A program made the position numbers and the translations under genes. Below are positions 43,587 to 52,273 of a stretch of DNA of 64,000 bases, one piece after another. Origin of the DNA: Bacteroidota bacterium. Lineage in GTDB: Bacteria; Bacteroidota; Bacteroidia; Bacteroidales; FEN-979. The notes below the pieces were generated by a model, which searched no databases, was not told the origin of the DNA, and saw only the letters and a program-made list of their open reading frames with translations. The DNA lies in NCBI GenBank assembly GCA_026391835.1, contig JAPLDF010000068.1:313661-377660 (forward strand), in the 5' to 3' direction. Numbering within the stretch: the first letter of the stretch is position 1; each line of letters begins with the position of its first letter.

Positions 43587-45002
43587 ATGAAAAAAATAAA
43601 TATCAAAGTAATCGGGGTGTTATTCTTAATTGCTTTGACCCTCGGCTCCTGTAAAAAGTGGATCGATACCGATCTCAACATAAACCCGGATGCTCCCACA
43701 GATGCCCCGATGGGGTCAATTCTGACAACTGCTGAAGTGAATATGGGTTTTGTTACTGTTGGAGGTAACGATTATGTCCGCATCACTTCAATCTGGCTGC
43801 AGTATGTTCATGGCATCGCCCGCCAGTCGGAAAGTCAGACACAATATATTTTGTCTGATGGCGATATGAGCGGCCAGTGGAATGACAACTATGGCGTATC
43901 CATGGAGGACATCCATACACTGCTTCAAAAAGCAACCGCTGCAAACCATTACTACTACAAGGGTATCGCAGAGGTTCTCCTTGCCAATGCGCTCGGCGTT
44001 ACCACCGACGTGTGGAATCAGATCCCATACTCCGAAGCATTCCAGGGGGCAGCCAACCTTCAACCGAAATTTGATTCCCAGGAAGCTGTATACACCGCTA
44101 TCTTCAAGCTCTTAAACCAGGCCATTCAGGATTTTTCCGTTGAAGGTTTCAGCGGAGAAGTAACCGGTGATATTATTTACGGCGGCGACGTTACCCTGTG
44201 GATGAAAGCAGCCTATGCATTCAAGGCAAGATACGCGCTTCATACGATGAAACTCAACGCCTCCATCATGCCTTCTCCGTTTGATACGGCACTTGCTGCT
44301 TTGCCGCACGCCTTTTCCGATAACGCCGAAGATCTCCAGATCAACTTCCAGGAGCAATACGACAAATCAAACCCGCTGTACCTCTTCATGGATAACCGTG
44401 GTGATATCGTAATGGACTCTGTATTCATCGCTATTTTGACAGGCCACCAGGATCCCAGGATCGCAGTATTTGCAACCAGCCTGGGTGAAAATCTGTATGT
44501 TGGTGCCGGCTGGAACTATGCAGGAGAAGATTGCTCCCTGCCAGGTACCGCAGTTGCAAACCCCGATTCACCTGTGCCCCTGATCACCAATGTTGAATGT
44601 CACTTTATCAAGGCTGAATGCAGCTTTAAAAAAGGTGATGAAGCAGCAGCCAAGGTTTCTCTTTTTGAAGGTCTGAAAGCTTCCCTGGACAAATTCGGCG
44701 TTTACAGTGATCTCTATTTCCAGGCTTACCAGGCAAACCTGGCAGCTGTTTCAGGAGCTCCCTTATACAAAGAGATCATGATGCAGAAATACATTGCCCT
44801 CTTCTACCAGGCTGAATCCTATAACGACTGGAGAAGAACCGACAATGCGATCGGCCTTGTTGCCAACCCGAATGCCGGCCGCTCCGAAATTCCAAGGAGA
44901 TTTCCTTATGCCAACACCGAAAAAACCGCCAATGCGAATACCCCGGTTGTTTCCGATAACTGGCAGAGAGTATGGTGGGATGCTGGTACACCAAGCAAAT
45001 AA
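43587..45002 (+). CDS. SusD/RagB family nutrient-binding lipoprotein
   Basis: 471 aa. It has the lipoprotein signal LTLGSC|KK, is helical and TPR-like, and lies immediately downstream of susC. Confidence 0.8.
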   Translation: MKKINIKVIGVLFLIALTLGSCKKWIDTDLNINPDAPTDAPMGSILTTAEVNMGFVTVGGNDYVRITSIWLQYVHGIARQSESQTQYILSDGDMSGQWNDNYGVSMEDIHTLLQKATAANHYYYKGIAEVLLANALGVTTDVWNQIPYSEAFQGAANLQPKFDSQEAVYTAIFKLLNQAIQDFSVEGFSGEVTGDIIYGGDVTLWMKAAYAFKARYALHTMKLNASIMPSPFDTALAALPHAFSDNAEDLQINFQEQYDKSNPLYLFMDNRGDIVMDSVFIAILTGHQDPRIAVFATSLGENLYVGAGWNYAGEDCSLPGTAVANPDSPVPLITNVECHFIKAECSFKKGDEAAAKVSLFEGLKASLDKFGVYSDLYFQAYQANLAAVSGAPLYKEIMMQKYIALFYQAESYNDWRRTDNAIGLVANPNAGRSEIPRRFPYANTEKTANANTPVVSDNWQRVWWDAGTPSK

Positions 45003-45018
45003 CACCAATTAATTCATT

Positions 45019-45056
45019 AAAAAAAGCTGCCCCGTTTTAAAGGGCAGCTTTTTTTT
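45019..45056. terminator. bidirectional terminator between convergent genes
   Basis: aaaaaa agctgccc cgttttaaa gggcagct tttttttt. Confidence 0.8.
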
Positions 45057-46176
45057 ATTCCCTGATCCAGCACCTTCGCCTGATATTGACACGGCCGTCA
45101 TAATTTTTCCAGATTGAGATCGCCTTAAAGTTTTCCTCGAGTTGCGGATGTGTTCTGGCAATTTTGATTCCGGCAGCAATGTATGCCTTGTTCAGTTCAT
45201 GGTAAATAAGCGCCAATACTCCTTTTCCCTGGTAATCGGGCCTTACGCCGATCAGGTACATATGGATCGTGTCATTTTTCCGCATCGCACGCAGCAGGTG
45301 GATGAACCCGAACGGAAACAGGTGCCCGTTTGCCTTCTGCAGGGCCAGTGAAAGGTCCGGCATCGTTATCCCAAACCCGGCAACATCATCGTTTGAATCC
45401 AGGATCATCGAAACAAATTCGGGCCTGATAAATCCGAAATATTGTTTGGTATAATCATCCATCTGTTCCCTGGTAAGCGGTGTAAAGCCATATAAATCAT
45501 GAAAGGCCTCATTGTACATGGCGAACATCTTCGCAGCATAGGGCCTGATATCGGAAGCCTTCTGCGGCTTTAACAAATGCAGGTCGTACTTTTGCATCAC
45601 GATCCTTGTCATCCGTTCAACCTTTGCCGGAATTTCACCAGGGATCATGATCTCAAACTGAACCCAGTCGGTTGCCTTCCGGAACCCAAGCTGTTGAATA
45701 TGATCATTGTAATAGGGGAAATTATAGATCGCCGAAAGGCTGGATATCTGGTCAAAGCCTTCAACCAGCATGCCTTCCGGGTCCATATCGGTAAATCCCA
45801 GCGGCCCGTGAATTCCTGTCACTCCCTTGCTCCTGCCCCAGGCATTGACTGTATCAATCAAAATACGGGAAACCTGCGTGTCGTCAATGAAGTCAACCCA
45901 GCCAAACCTGACAAGCCGGGTGTTCCAGCGTTCAAACTCCTTATGGTTGATGATCCCTGCAATCCGGCCAACCGGCACACCTTCACGGTAAGCCAGCCAG
46001 TATTCGGCTTCACAATAAGAAAAGGCTGGATTTTTATCTTTGCGTAGGGTTTTTATCTCGTCAAACTTCAGTGGTGGGACCCAGAACTTATTTCCTTTAT
46101 ATAATTGAAAAGGAAAGTCAACGAATTTTTTAAGGTCGTTGTGTGTTGAGACCTTTTTTACCAGGATTTCACCCAT
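45055..46176 (-). CDS. GNAT-like N-acyltransferase, paralog of 51123..52268 (candidate bacterial ceramide-synthase-type enzyme)
   Basis: 373 aa, alignable end to end with the 381-aa protein of the Spt operon (LYKGNKFW, NPAF.(Y/F)CEAEYWL, LVRFGW(V/I)DF(I/V)DD, IHGPLGF(T/S)DMD, GVRPDY, RRCWI). Roughly half or more of the positions are identical by eye. Confidence 0.5.
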   Translation of the reverse strand: MGEILVKKVSTHNDLKKFVDFPFQLYKGNKFWVPPLKFDEIKTLRKDKNPAFSYCEAEYWLAYREGVPVGRIAGIINHKEFERWNTRLVRFGWVDFIDDTQVSRILIDTVNAWGRSKGVTGIHGPLGFTDMDPEGMLVEGFDQISSLSAIYNFPYYNDHIQQLGFRKATDWVQFEIMIPGEIPAKVERMTRIVMQKYDLHLLKPQKASDIRPYAAKMFAMYNEAFHDLYGFTPLTREQMDDYTKQYFGFIRPEFVSMILDSNDDVAGFGITMPDLSLALQKANGHLFPFGFIHLLRAMRKNDTIHMYLIGVRPDYQGKGVLALIYHELNKAYIAAGIKIARTHPQLEENFKAISIWKNYDGRVNIRRRCWIRE

Positions 46177-46572
46177 TTTGCTTCCAATTGCCCCATATTA
46201 TCCGGGCGATGCCGCCCGGCTTCGGTTTATGCGAAGCTAATATAAAGATTTTCCTGACAACGTTAATAAATTCACATATATTTGTCATCTAGACGGGACG
46301 TATTCCAATTGTTGGGTTCAATTGATATTATAATGAACTTCCCAATGCATAACATATTTCTCTCCGTGGTTGGTTTGTTGGTCATCCCTGCAGCCGTTCC
46401 CCTTTTATTTGCAAACGGCTGCATAAGCACAGTGAAACTCCACCACCAGCTTCCAGAAACCATGAAATTAACCCCAATGATCACCAACCCTGAAACCGGG
46501 CAGTACTGATACAACGTATAAAATTAATTTTCAATTTGATGTATAAAAACAATTAATCTTAAAAACCACGTT

Positions 46573-47604
46573 ATGAAAAAACTAAAATCACTGAAAACTG
46601 CCTTGCTGAATATCCCGGTAACATCGGTGCTGGCCATTTTACTTGTTTTTGGAGTTATTTTCGGTTGTAAAAAAGATGAAACAACCTCAACCCACAAAGC
46701 TTATAAAAACATGGATGATGCCACTACCACTAATATTATTGCCAGTATTCCGAGAATCGAATTGTCAAAATTGAAGAGTACCCAAATTTCCCTGTATCTT
46801 TCGGTAACTGACCAGAATGGCAAACCTTTTTCCGAATTCAACAAATACAACTTTGTTATAAAGCAGGTTTGTGTTGGGCAACAGGATACCACGGTTGTTG
46901 CTTCGCTATCCTTTTCGAAATTAAACCAGACAGGCAGTAATATCGCAACGCCGCTGGTCCTGGATTATTCGGGAAGTATGGATAGCTATATTGGCGACCT
47001 GGAGCAGGCCGCAGGCAATTTCATTTCAATCAAAAACAACAGCGATCAGATTGAACTGGTAAAATTCAGCACCGAAATTGAGAATGTTCAGCCCTTTTCA
47101 AATGACACGGTAACATTGCTCCAGGCATTGCACAACTGGTGGGCCAATGCCGGAAATACAACGGCATTTTATGATGCCATGATGATGGGTGTGAATGACG
47201 CTGAAACGTTTAACCAGGCCCATTCAACATTCCTGCCAGCAGTAATCGGATTTACTGACGGACTGGATAATGCTTCAAGTATCTATTATTCAGAGTTGAT
47301 CAACCAGGCCTTGGCCAGGCAAATCCCACTGTATACAATTGGATTTGGAGATGCTGATGAAGCGGTGTTGAATACAATTGCAACTCAAACAGGCGGGAGG
47401 TATTATTATACGCCCGATATCACAACGTTGAAAACTCTTTTTTCCCTGATAAGCGGACAATTGAAAAACCTTTACATGGTTTCGTGGGTGTATGATGATC
47501 AATCCTGTTCGGAGGTGCTGATCACAGTTGAAGCAAAGTACACCTGTGCCAACGGTTCATACGCATCGAAGACCCAAAAGATCTTCCATCCGCTTGTTAA
47601 ATGA
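46573..47604 (+). CDS. von Willebrand factor A domain lipoprotein
   Basis: 343 aa with the lipobox VIFGC|KK. It has a MIDAS-like LVLDYSGSMD plus TAFYDAM, GFTDGLDN and PLYTIGFGD. Confidence 0.8.
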   Translation: MKKLKSLKTALLNIPVTSVLAILLVFGVIFGCKKDETTSTHKAYKNMDDATTTNIIASIPRIELSKLKSTQISLYLSVTDQNGKPFSEFNKYNFVIKQVCVGQQDTTVVASLSFSKLNQTGSNIATPLVLDYSGSMDSYIGDLEQAAGNFISIKNNSDQIELVKFSTEIENVQPFSNDTVTLLQALHNWWANAGNTTAFYDAMMMGVNDAETFNQAHSTFLPAVIGFTDGLDNASSIYYSELINQALARQIPLYTIGFGDADEAVLNTIATQTGGRYYYTPDITTLKTLFSLISGQLKNLYMVSWVYDDQSCSEVLITVEAKYTCANGSYASKTQKIFHPLVK

Positions 47605-47706
47605 CAACCTGTCCGTTATCACAACAAAACCGGATGGTCAGTAAATGGCCTTTTTACAGTCATTCCACCAACAAATACATGTTCCATTAAAACCAAAATC
47701 AAAATC

Positions 47707-48252
47707 ATGAAAACGAAAACCGGATTGTTTCCAATGGTCATTTTCCTGGCAATTTGCCTGATTAATTTCTCATGTAAAAAAGACACCACTAGCAGCAGCT
47801 CTTCAAAAAACCAGATTACCTACAAGGGTACTGAATATGCGATGAATAAAGGTTATATGGTAGATTATTACGGTTCAATGCACACCATTGAACTGGATTT
47901 TTTCTCATCAGGAGTTACCGTGTATGCAAACGGTAACGTGATGGATTCACTCGGCGGTACCGGGAACGGGATGTATTTTGACCTGATCAATACCGACTCG
48001 ACGACACTGGCAACCGGAAATTACCCATACGACTCGGTTGGGAATTATCACCCGGGAACTTTTCACAGTGCCGGTTTTGCATTAAATTACAATTTCTCCC
48101 ATGGTGGCGGACAAATCATCACCGTATACGGAGGCACCGTATCCGTGAAAAAAACAGGAACGAACTACGAAATTTCTTATTCGGGCATGACATATGGCGG
48201 GGATCCCATTTCCCTGTATTACAAAGGTGCGCTGAATCACTATTCGTATTGA
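47707..48252 (+). CDS. hypothetical lipoprotein
   Basis: 181 aa with the lipobox INFSC|KKD. Confidence 0.55.
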   Translation: MKTKTGLFPMVIFLAICLINFSCKKDTTSSSSSKNQITYKGTEYAMNKGYMVDYYGSMHTIELDFFSSGVTVYANGNVMDSLGGTGNGMYFDLINTDSTTLATGNYPYDSVGNYHPGTFHSAGFALNYNFSHGGGQIITVYGGTVSVKKTGTNYEISYSGMTYGGDPISLYYKGALNHYSY

Positions 48253-48305
48253 TTTTCATATCTCAACCCAGCGTACAATGTGCTCTGGACCAGGTCCATT
48301 CCTAA

Positions 48306-48351
48306 AAGAGCGATGCCTCAAAACATTTGATTGTTTTGAGGCATCGCTCTT
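48306..48351. terminator. perfect 20-bp hairpin between convergent genes
   Basis: The stem is aagagcgatgcctcaaaaca tttgat tgttttgaggcatcgctctt. On the minus strand it is followed by TTTT. Confidence 0.7.
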
Positions 48352-48371
48352 AAAAATATTAATTTCAGAAC

Positions 48372-49178
48372 CTACTTGGATTTGGCTACTTCACCAAATC
48401 TGAAAATATAACCAACGGAGAATCCAAAATTCCGGTTACACAGTGGATAGTATGGCAATAAGTCATTGTTTGAAGCATAGTCATTATAATCGGTTTTCTG
48501 ACCGGCTGTGGGATTATCCACGCCAATGAATCCCCAGTTATACCTGAAATCCAACACAAGGTCGCCAGGTCCCAGACGCACACCCGGCTGTACACCAAAC
48601 GTAAGGCCTGCGTCGAGCCTCATGGCTTTGTATGCACCTCTCGGGCCACCTGTTTTGCCATTGTCATCGGAAGTCTCTCCCTGTCCAAACTCAACGGTGT
48701 ACTCCTTTTTCTGGGTCGTGTTTTCATAATATTTTTCATTTGCACCGAGCGCAACACCCACATAAGGTCCGATGATCCCATAAACACTGAACATGCCGAA
48801 TTTATAACCGCCTTTGAAGAGAATTGGCATGGTGAAATAGTTGTATGTTGCTGTAGATTTGTATTCAATTGTTTTTCCGGAGATATCGCTTGAATTTGTC
48901 ATCTTAGAACCTTTTTGTTCAAAATTAAACTCTATTTCCATACCAAACATTTTACTGAACATTGGGTTTAACACAAAGCTGACCTGCAACCCGATTTTAG
49001 GCGGATTTAAAACTGATGCATTAACGAAATCGTCACTCACAAGTTTTGACCAGTTCGAATATTTGGATGCTGTCATACCGAATCTCATCCCAAGACCAAA
49101 GCCCTGACTGAATGATTCAAATGAGGAGATCACCAACAGGGATACCAGAATTGCACATAGTAGATGTTTTGTTTTCAT
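48372..49178 (-). CDS. outer membrane beta-barrel protein (porin-family, OMP_b-brl type)
   Basis: 268 aa with a signal peptide, and typical Bacteroidota small-barrel features (GFGLGMRFG...; C-terminal ...GYIFRFG). Confidence 0.7.
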   Translation of the reverse strand: MKTKHLLCAILVSLLVISSFESFSQGFGLGMRFGMTASKYSNWSKLVSDDFVNASVLNPPKIGLQVSFVLNPMFSKMFGMEIEFNFEQKGSKMTNSSDISGKTIEYKSTATYNYFTMPILFKGGYKFGMFSVYGIIGPYVGVALGANEKYYENTTQKKEYTVEFGQGETSDDNGKTGGPRGAYKAMRLDAGLTFGVQPGVRLGPGDLVLDFRYNWGFIGVDNPTAGQKTDYNDYASNNDLLPYYPLCNRNFGFSVGYIFRFGEVAKSK

Positions 49179-49516
49179 CGTGTTGAGGTTTAGTTAATAA
49201 TTGGTTTATATTAAATTGCTCATGTGGAGTTTAATTCAATGGCTCATTTGGCTTTTCGCACCTCTTGATGCGACAAATATAAAAAAAAAACATGTTGTTG
49301 TTCAGTTTTTGTGAAAAGTTTATCAATTATTATCCGCGTAACATTTCTATCATATATTCCGGCTGGCTTATCGGGATATTTGCCTGCAATTTTAGCGTCA
49401 TGCCGGAACACATATGTTTTTGATGTTTTAAGTAAAAAGGTTTCACGCAAATATGATTATTACGGAAACGAATCCGGCAAAACAAAAGGAGCATACTCCT
49501 GTTCGGGCTCGTTTTT

Positions 49517-50035
49517 CATGGAGGCTACTCTTTATAGACGTCTTTCCCAGCCAAAATAAAATGCTGATAGTTTGACTACCTTTTCTTGTTTTTCCGATTA
49601 ATCAATAATGAAGGATGGCAAAATCCCTTATGATTCCTAGCTTCTGACGCTTCTCTATTTTTGTGCGATGCCATTTTTCAAGTAATTGAATTTGAATGAA
49701 GCAACCGAATTGCTGGCAATATTTGTTGCGAGCATTAAAACGGGTAAGCTGGATACCGGGGGAAAAGTACGAAGTATAAAGTACAAAGTACAAACGAAAG
49801 TGGGAAGTACAAAGTTCGAAAGACGAACACTGGCATGCTAATCCCAACCTTTGTACTTCGTCATTCGTACATCGTACTTCGCGGTGTACCGCACAAAATG
49901 TCAGAAGTCAGGAACTGGAGTTAACCCCTCTGTGCTTCTCCATGTGGGCTCTGTGGCTCTCAGTGTAACAAATAAATTACACGGAGGTTCACAGAAATCT
50001 GGAGAGAACCACAGAGAGAAAAACCGAAATGATGG
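49517..50035 (+). repeat. composite element copy C, split by a ~280-bp nested insertion
   Basis: The module is 49517-49634 (about 10 substitutions versus copy A). The insertion is 49635-49914. The hairpin and tail are 49915-50035 (ccctctgtgcttctcc...accacagagagaaaaaccgaaat). Confidence 0.9.
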
Positions 50036-50097
50036 AACTCAATAAGATTATGGGTCAGGGAGAGGCCAAATTGTAGACAAAAACAACCATCCGGAAA

Positions 50098-51102
50098 TTA
50101 AAGCCAGTGTTCTTTTTTATACCATGCGAGGGCTTCTGCAACACCTTTCTCCAGGTCATATTCAGCTTTAAACCCGAAGTCCTTTTCAAGGGGTTCTACT
50201 TCACACCGCCAGTTGGTACTTTTCAGGACATTGTATTTGTCGGTATTTAAGGTTGGGATACTTCCCCATAATCCTGTTACCCGCTCGCCGATTGTTGCAA
50301 TGGTTTTGACAAGGAACAGGGGTACCGTAAAACGCAGTGTCTTCTTCCCCAGTGCCTTTTTGGTGATTTCAGCAAACAATTCCGAAGGGTACTCTTTCCC
50401 ATCAGAAACGAACCATGCCTTGTTTACATGCTGTGAAGCCAGTGCCAGGAAGATGAGCCGGACGAGGTCACGAACATAAATGAACGTAAGAACCTGCTTT
50501 TTGAATCCGATGTATGGCTCCAGTCCCCTGTTGATCGTCTGGAAAAATATGAAGTAATCTTTTTCCTTGGGCCCGTAAACCCCGGTGGGTCGCACGATCA
50601 GCCATGGAAAACCGGTGAGGGAGGTAATGTACCGTTCAGCTTCAAGCTTACTTTTACCGTACAGTTCAATCGGTTTTGGTTCATGGGTGTTCCTGACTGG
50701 TTCGCCGGTATCCGGGTTACCAGGGCCGTATGCTGCCAGGCTGCTGACAAAAAGAAACTTTTCAGGTACCATATCCGCTTCTTTGAGGGCTTCAATAAAA
50801 TGGATGGTATTCCGGCAGTTTACGTTGTAAAAATCTTCTTTTTTCTGTGCCTTTGTAAGCCCGGCGTTGTGAATGATGTATTTAAACCGGATATTGTTCT
50901 TTTTGCACTCATCCAGGGTAACCAGAACCTTTTCACGGCTTGAGAAGTCAAATTCAAGAAATTGAATCCGCTTATCCTGCAAATAACCACGGGAGCTTGA
51001 CTTACGGATACCTGCATAAACCTCCAAACCCTGTTTCAATCCCTCATCTACCAGGAAACTGCCGATGAACCCGCTGGCCCCGGTTATCAATACATTTGCC
51101 AT
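50098..51102 (-). CDS. NAD-dependent epimerase/dehydratase family (extended SDR) reductase; candidate CerR-type keto-reductase
   Basis: Starting from MANVLITGASGFIGS (ATG 51102) avoids the 34-nt overlap implied by the ORF-track start 51156. It has the Rossmann motif TGASGFIG and a catalytic YGKSK. Confidence 0.6.
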   Translation of the reverse strand: MANVLITGASGFIGSFLVDEGLKQGLEVYAGIRKSSSRGYLQDKRIQFLEFDFSSREKVLVTLDECKKNNIRFKYIIHNAGLTKAQKKEDFYNVNCRNTIHFIEALKEADMVPEKFLFVSSLAAYGPGNPDTGEPVRNTHEPKPIELYGKSKLEAERYITSLTGFPWLIVRPTGVYGPKEKDYFIFFQTINRGLEPYIGFKKQVLTFIYVRDLVRLIFLALASQHVNKAWFVSDGKEYPSELFAEITKKALGKKTLRFTVPLFLVKTIATIGERVTGLWGSIPTLNTDKYNVLKSTNWRCEVEPLEKDFGFKAEYDLEKGVAEALAWYKKEHWL

Positions 51103-51122
51103 TTTATCGTTCAAAATTTTTG

Positions 51123-52268
51123 CTATTTCGTTAATTCGAAATGCTTTATCCAGCAACGCCTCGTCAAATGCTGCCTGCCATTGAAATTTTTCCAGATGGT
51201 AAGCGCCTTGGCATTGTCTTCAAGCTGAGGGTTGGTAATTGCTTTCTTGATTCCATATTTGATATAAGCCCGGTGCATTTCATTATAATAGAGGGCATTC
51301 ACCCCTTTTGAATGATAATCGGGACGAACGCCGTTCAGGTACATATCAATGGTATCGTTCTTTTTCATCGCCCGCAGGAGGTAAATAAAACCAAAGGGAA
51401 ACAGTTTCCCGTCGCATTTTTGCAGGGCCTTTGTCAGTGATGGCAATGAAACGCCAAAACCAACAACTTCATCCTCCTCATCGATCACAAAAGAGATAAA
51501 TTCGGGGCGTACAAAGCCAAAGTAGGCTTTAATATACATATCTACCTGCTTCTGTGTCAGGGCTGTATAACCGTAAAGGTCGCCAAACGCGGCGTTCAGT
51601 GTGCGAAACATTTTAGGGGCGTAAGGCAGCAGGTCTTTTGCCTTTTTTGTTTTGAGCACCCTGAGTTTGTATTTTTCCTGCACGAGGAGGGATAACCGTT
51701 CCACCTTGTCGGGGATGGAAGGGGGGATGTCGAATTCATATTGCACCCAGTCGGCTGCTTTGGAAAAGCCGAGATGCTCCATATGTTCAACATAATAGGG
51801 ATAATTGTAAATCGATGCAAGCGTGGCCAGTTCATCAAAGCCCTTGATCAGCATCCCTTCATTGTCCATATCGGAAAAGCCAAGCGGACCATGGATGCCA
51901 TTCATCCCTTTTGACCGTCCCCATTCGAGAACTGTTTCAATCAGGAGACGGGAAACTTCCTTATCGTCAACAAAATCGATCCAGCCAAAGCGCACCAGTT
52001 TTTCATTCCAGCGCTCATTGGCTTTGTTGTTGATGATCCCGGCAACCCGGCCAACGATCTCTTTGCCACGATAAACAAGCCAATACTCAGCCTCACAAAA
52101 ATCAAAAGCAGGGTTTTTCTCCCTGCTCAGTGTGTTCATCTCATCCATCCGCATCTGCGGACACCAGAACTTATTACCCTTATAAAGTTTATTTTGAAAA
52201 GCGATGAACCGTTTGAGATCCTTTTTTGTGATAACTTTTTTTAGTTCAAGCTGGTTTGTGTTTGTCAT
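51123..52268 (-). CDS. GNAT-like N-acyltransferase; candidate bacterial ceramide synthase (bCerS-type)
   Basis: 381 aa, sandwiched 5 nt after the Spt-like gene and 20 nt before the SDR gene. The C-terminal half is GNAT-like (..GVRPDYHSKGVNALYY..). Confidence 0.5.
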   Translation of the reverse strand: MTNTNQLELKKVITKKDLKRFIAFQNKLYKGNKFWCPQMRMDEMNTLSREKNPAFDFCEAEYWLVYRGKEIVGRVAGIINNKANERWNEKLVRFGWIDFVDDKEVSRLLIETVLEWGRSKGMNGIHGPLGFSDMDNEGMLIKGFDELATLASIYNYPYYVEHMEHLGFSKAADWVQYEFDIPPSIPDKVERLSLLVQEKYKLRVLKTKKAKDLLPYAPKMFRTLNAAFGDLYGYTALTQKQVDMYIKAYFGFVRPEFISFVIDEEDEVVGFGVSLPSLTKALQKCDGKLFPFGFIYLLRAMKKNDTIDMYLNGVRPDYHSKGVNALYYNEMHRAYIKYGIKKAITNPQLEDNAKALTIWKNFNGRQHLTRRCWIKHFELTK

Positions 52269-52273
52269 CAGGT

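Noticed and set aside
40407-45002. SusC/SusD pair as a novel polysaccharide utilisation locus
   Set aside because: This is an ordinary SusC/D tandem with a terminator right after susD. No glycoside hydrolase, sensor or ECF/anti-sigma genes are attached, so nothing marks it as unusual.
46282-46509. 75-aa ORF (with an internal start giving a 58-aa peptide and one hydrophobic helix IFLSVVGLLVIPAAVPLLF) in the 396-bp gap upstream of the vWA gene
   Set aside because: It could be a real small membrane protein. However, it has no recognisable motif, no promoter box and an overlapping opposite-strand ORF of equal length, so the evidence is insufficient to call it.
49602-49847. 81-aa minus-strand ORF inside composite element copy C
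   Set aside because: It spans word-array hairpin DNA and the nested insertion, and its composition follows the repeats. The corresponding frame is not open in copies A and B.
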